Positions 60,011-60,030 of a stretch of 60,030 nucleotides of DNA are shown here, piece after piece; position 1 is the stretch's first letter; every line of letters begins with the position of its first letter. Origin of the DNA: Ignavibacteriales bacterium (GTDB taxonomy: Bacteria > Bacteroidota > Ignavibacteria > UBA10030 > UBA6906); contig JBBIRR010000026.1 of assembly GCA_037441705.1 (NCBI GenBank), forward strand, positions 1-60,030. Reading direction: 5' to 3'. The notes beneath the pieces were generated by a model. It saw only the letters and a program-made list of their open reading frames with translations. It did no database searches and was not told the origin of the DNA. A program made the translations under genes and the position numbers.

Positions 60011-60030
60011 ACGTTCTTCAATGTTCGTTC

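Overview
This is a GC-rich bacterial window, most likely from an Ignavibacteria/Bacteroidota-Chlorobi (FCB) organism, inferred from three secreted proteins with T9SS-type NYPNPFNP C-terminal sorting domains, a BatE-like gene and Reg_prop/Y_Y_Y sensors. It is mostly housekeeping: ECF sigma/anti-sigma, purE-pfkB-dapB-dapA-dapD-rfbD, a VWA/AAA+ pair, larC, waaA/GT9, a two-component system, cydAB, tricorn protease, lplA plus aceE-aceF-lpdA, asmA-rsmA-PAP2, rplU-rpmA, mdh, argF-like, dksA-like and batE. It also carries a MerR-headed polysulfide/thiosulfate reductase operon with two YeeE/YedE genes and an atypical rhodanese. The most interesting material is inserted into the pyruvate dehydrogenase operon. 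(i) Between aceE and aceF lies an antisense cassette: a near-consensus sigma70 promoter, a ~62-nt structured RNA ending in a U-tract, then a DUF3800 RNase H-like gene. This resembles an RNA-antitoxin or RNA-guided module. (ii) Between aceF and lpdA lies a three-unit tandem array in which a GxxExxY PD-(D/E)XK nuclease gene sits between inverted heptamer arms and is flanked by two internally deleted copies of the same unit. There is also an inversion/deletion scar at 39.26-39.55 kb that may be real or an amplification/assembly chimera. All family calls come from motif recognition by eye; no searches were run.
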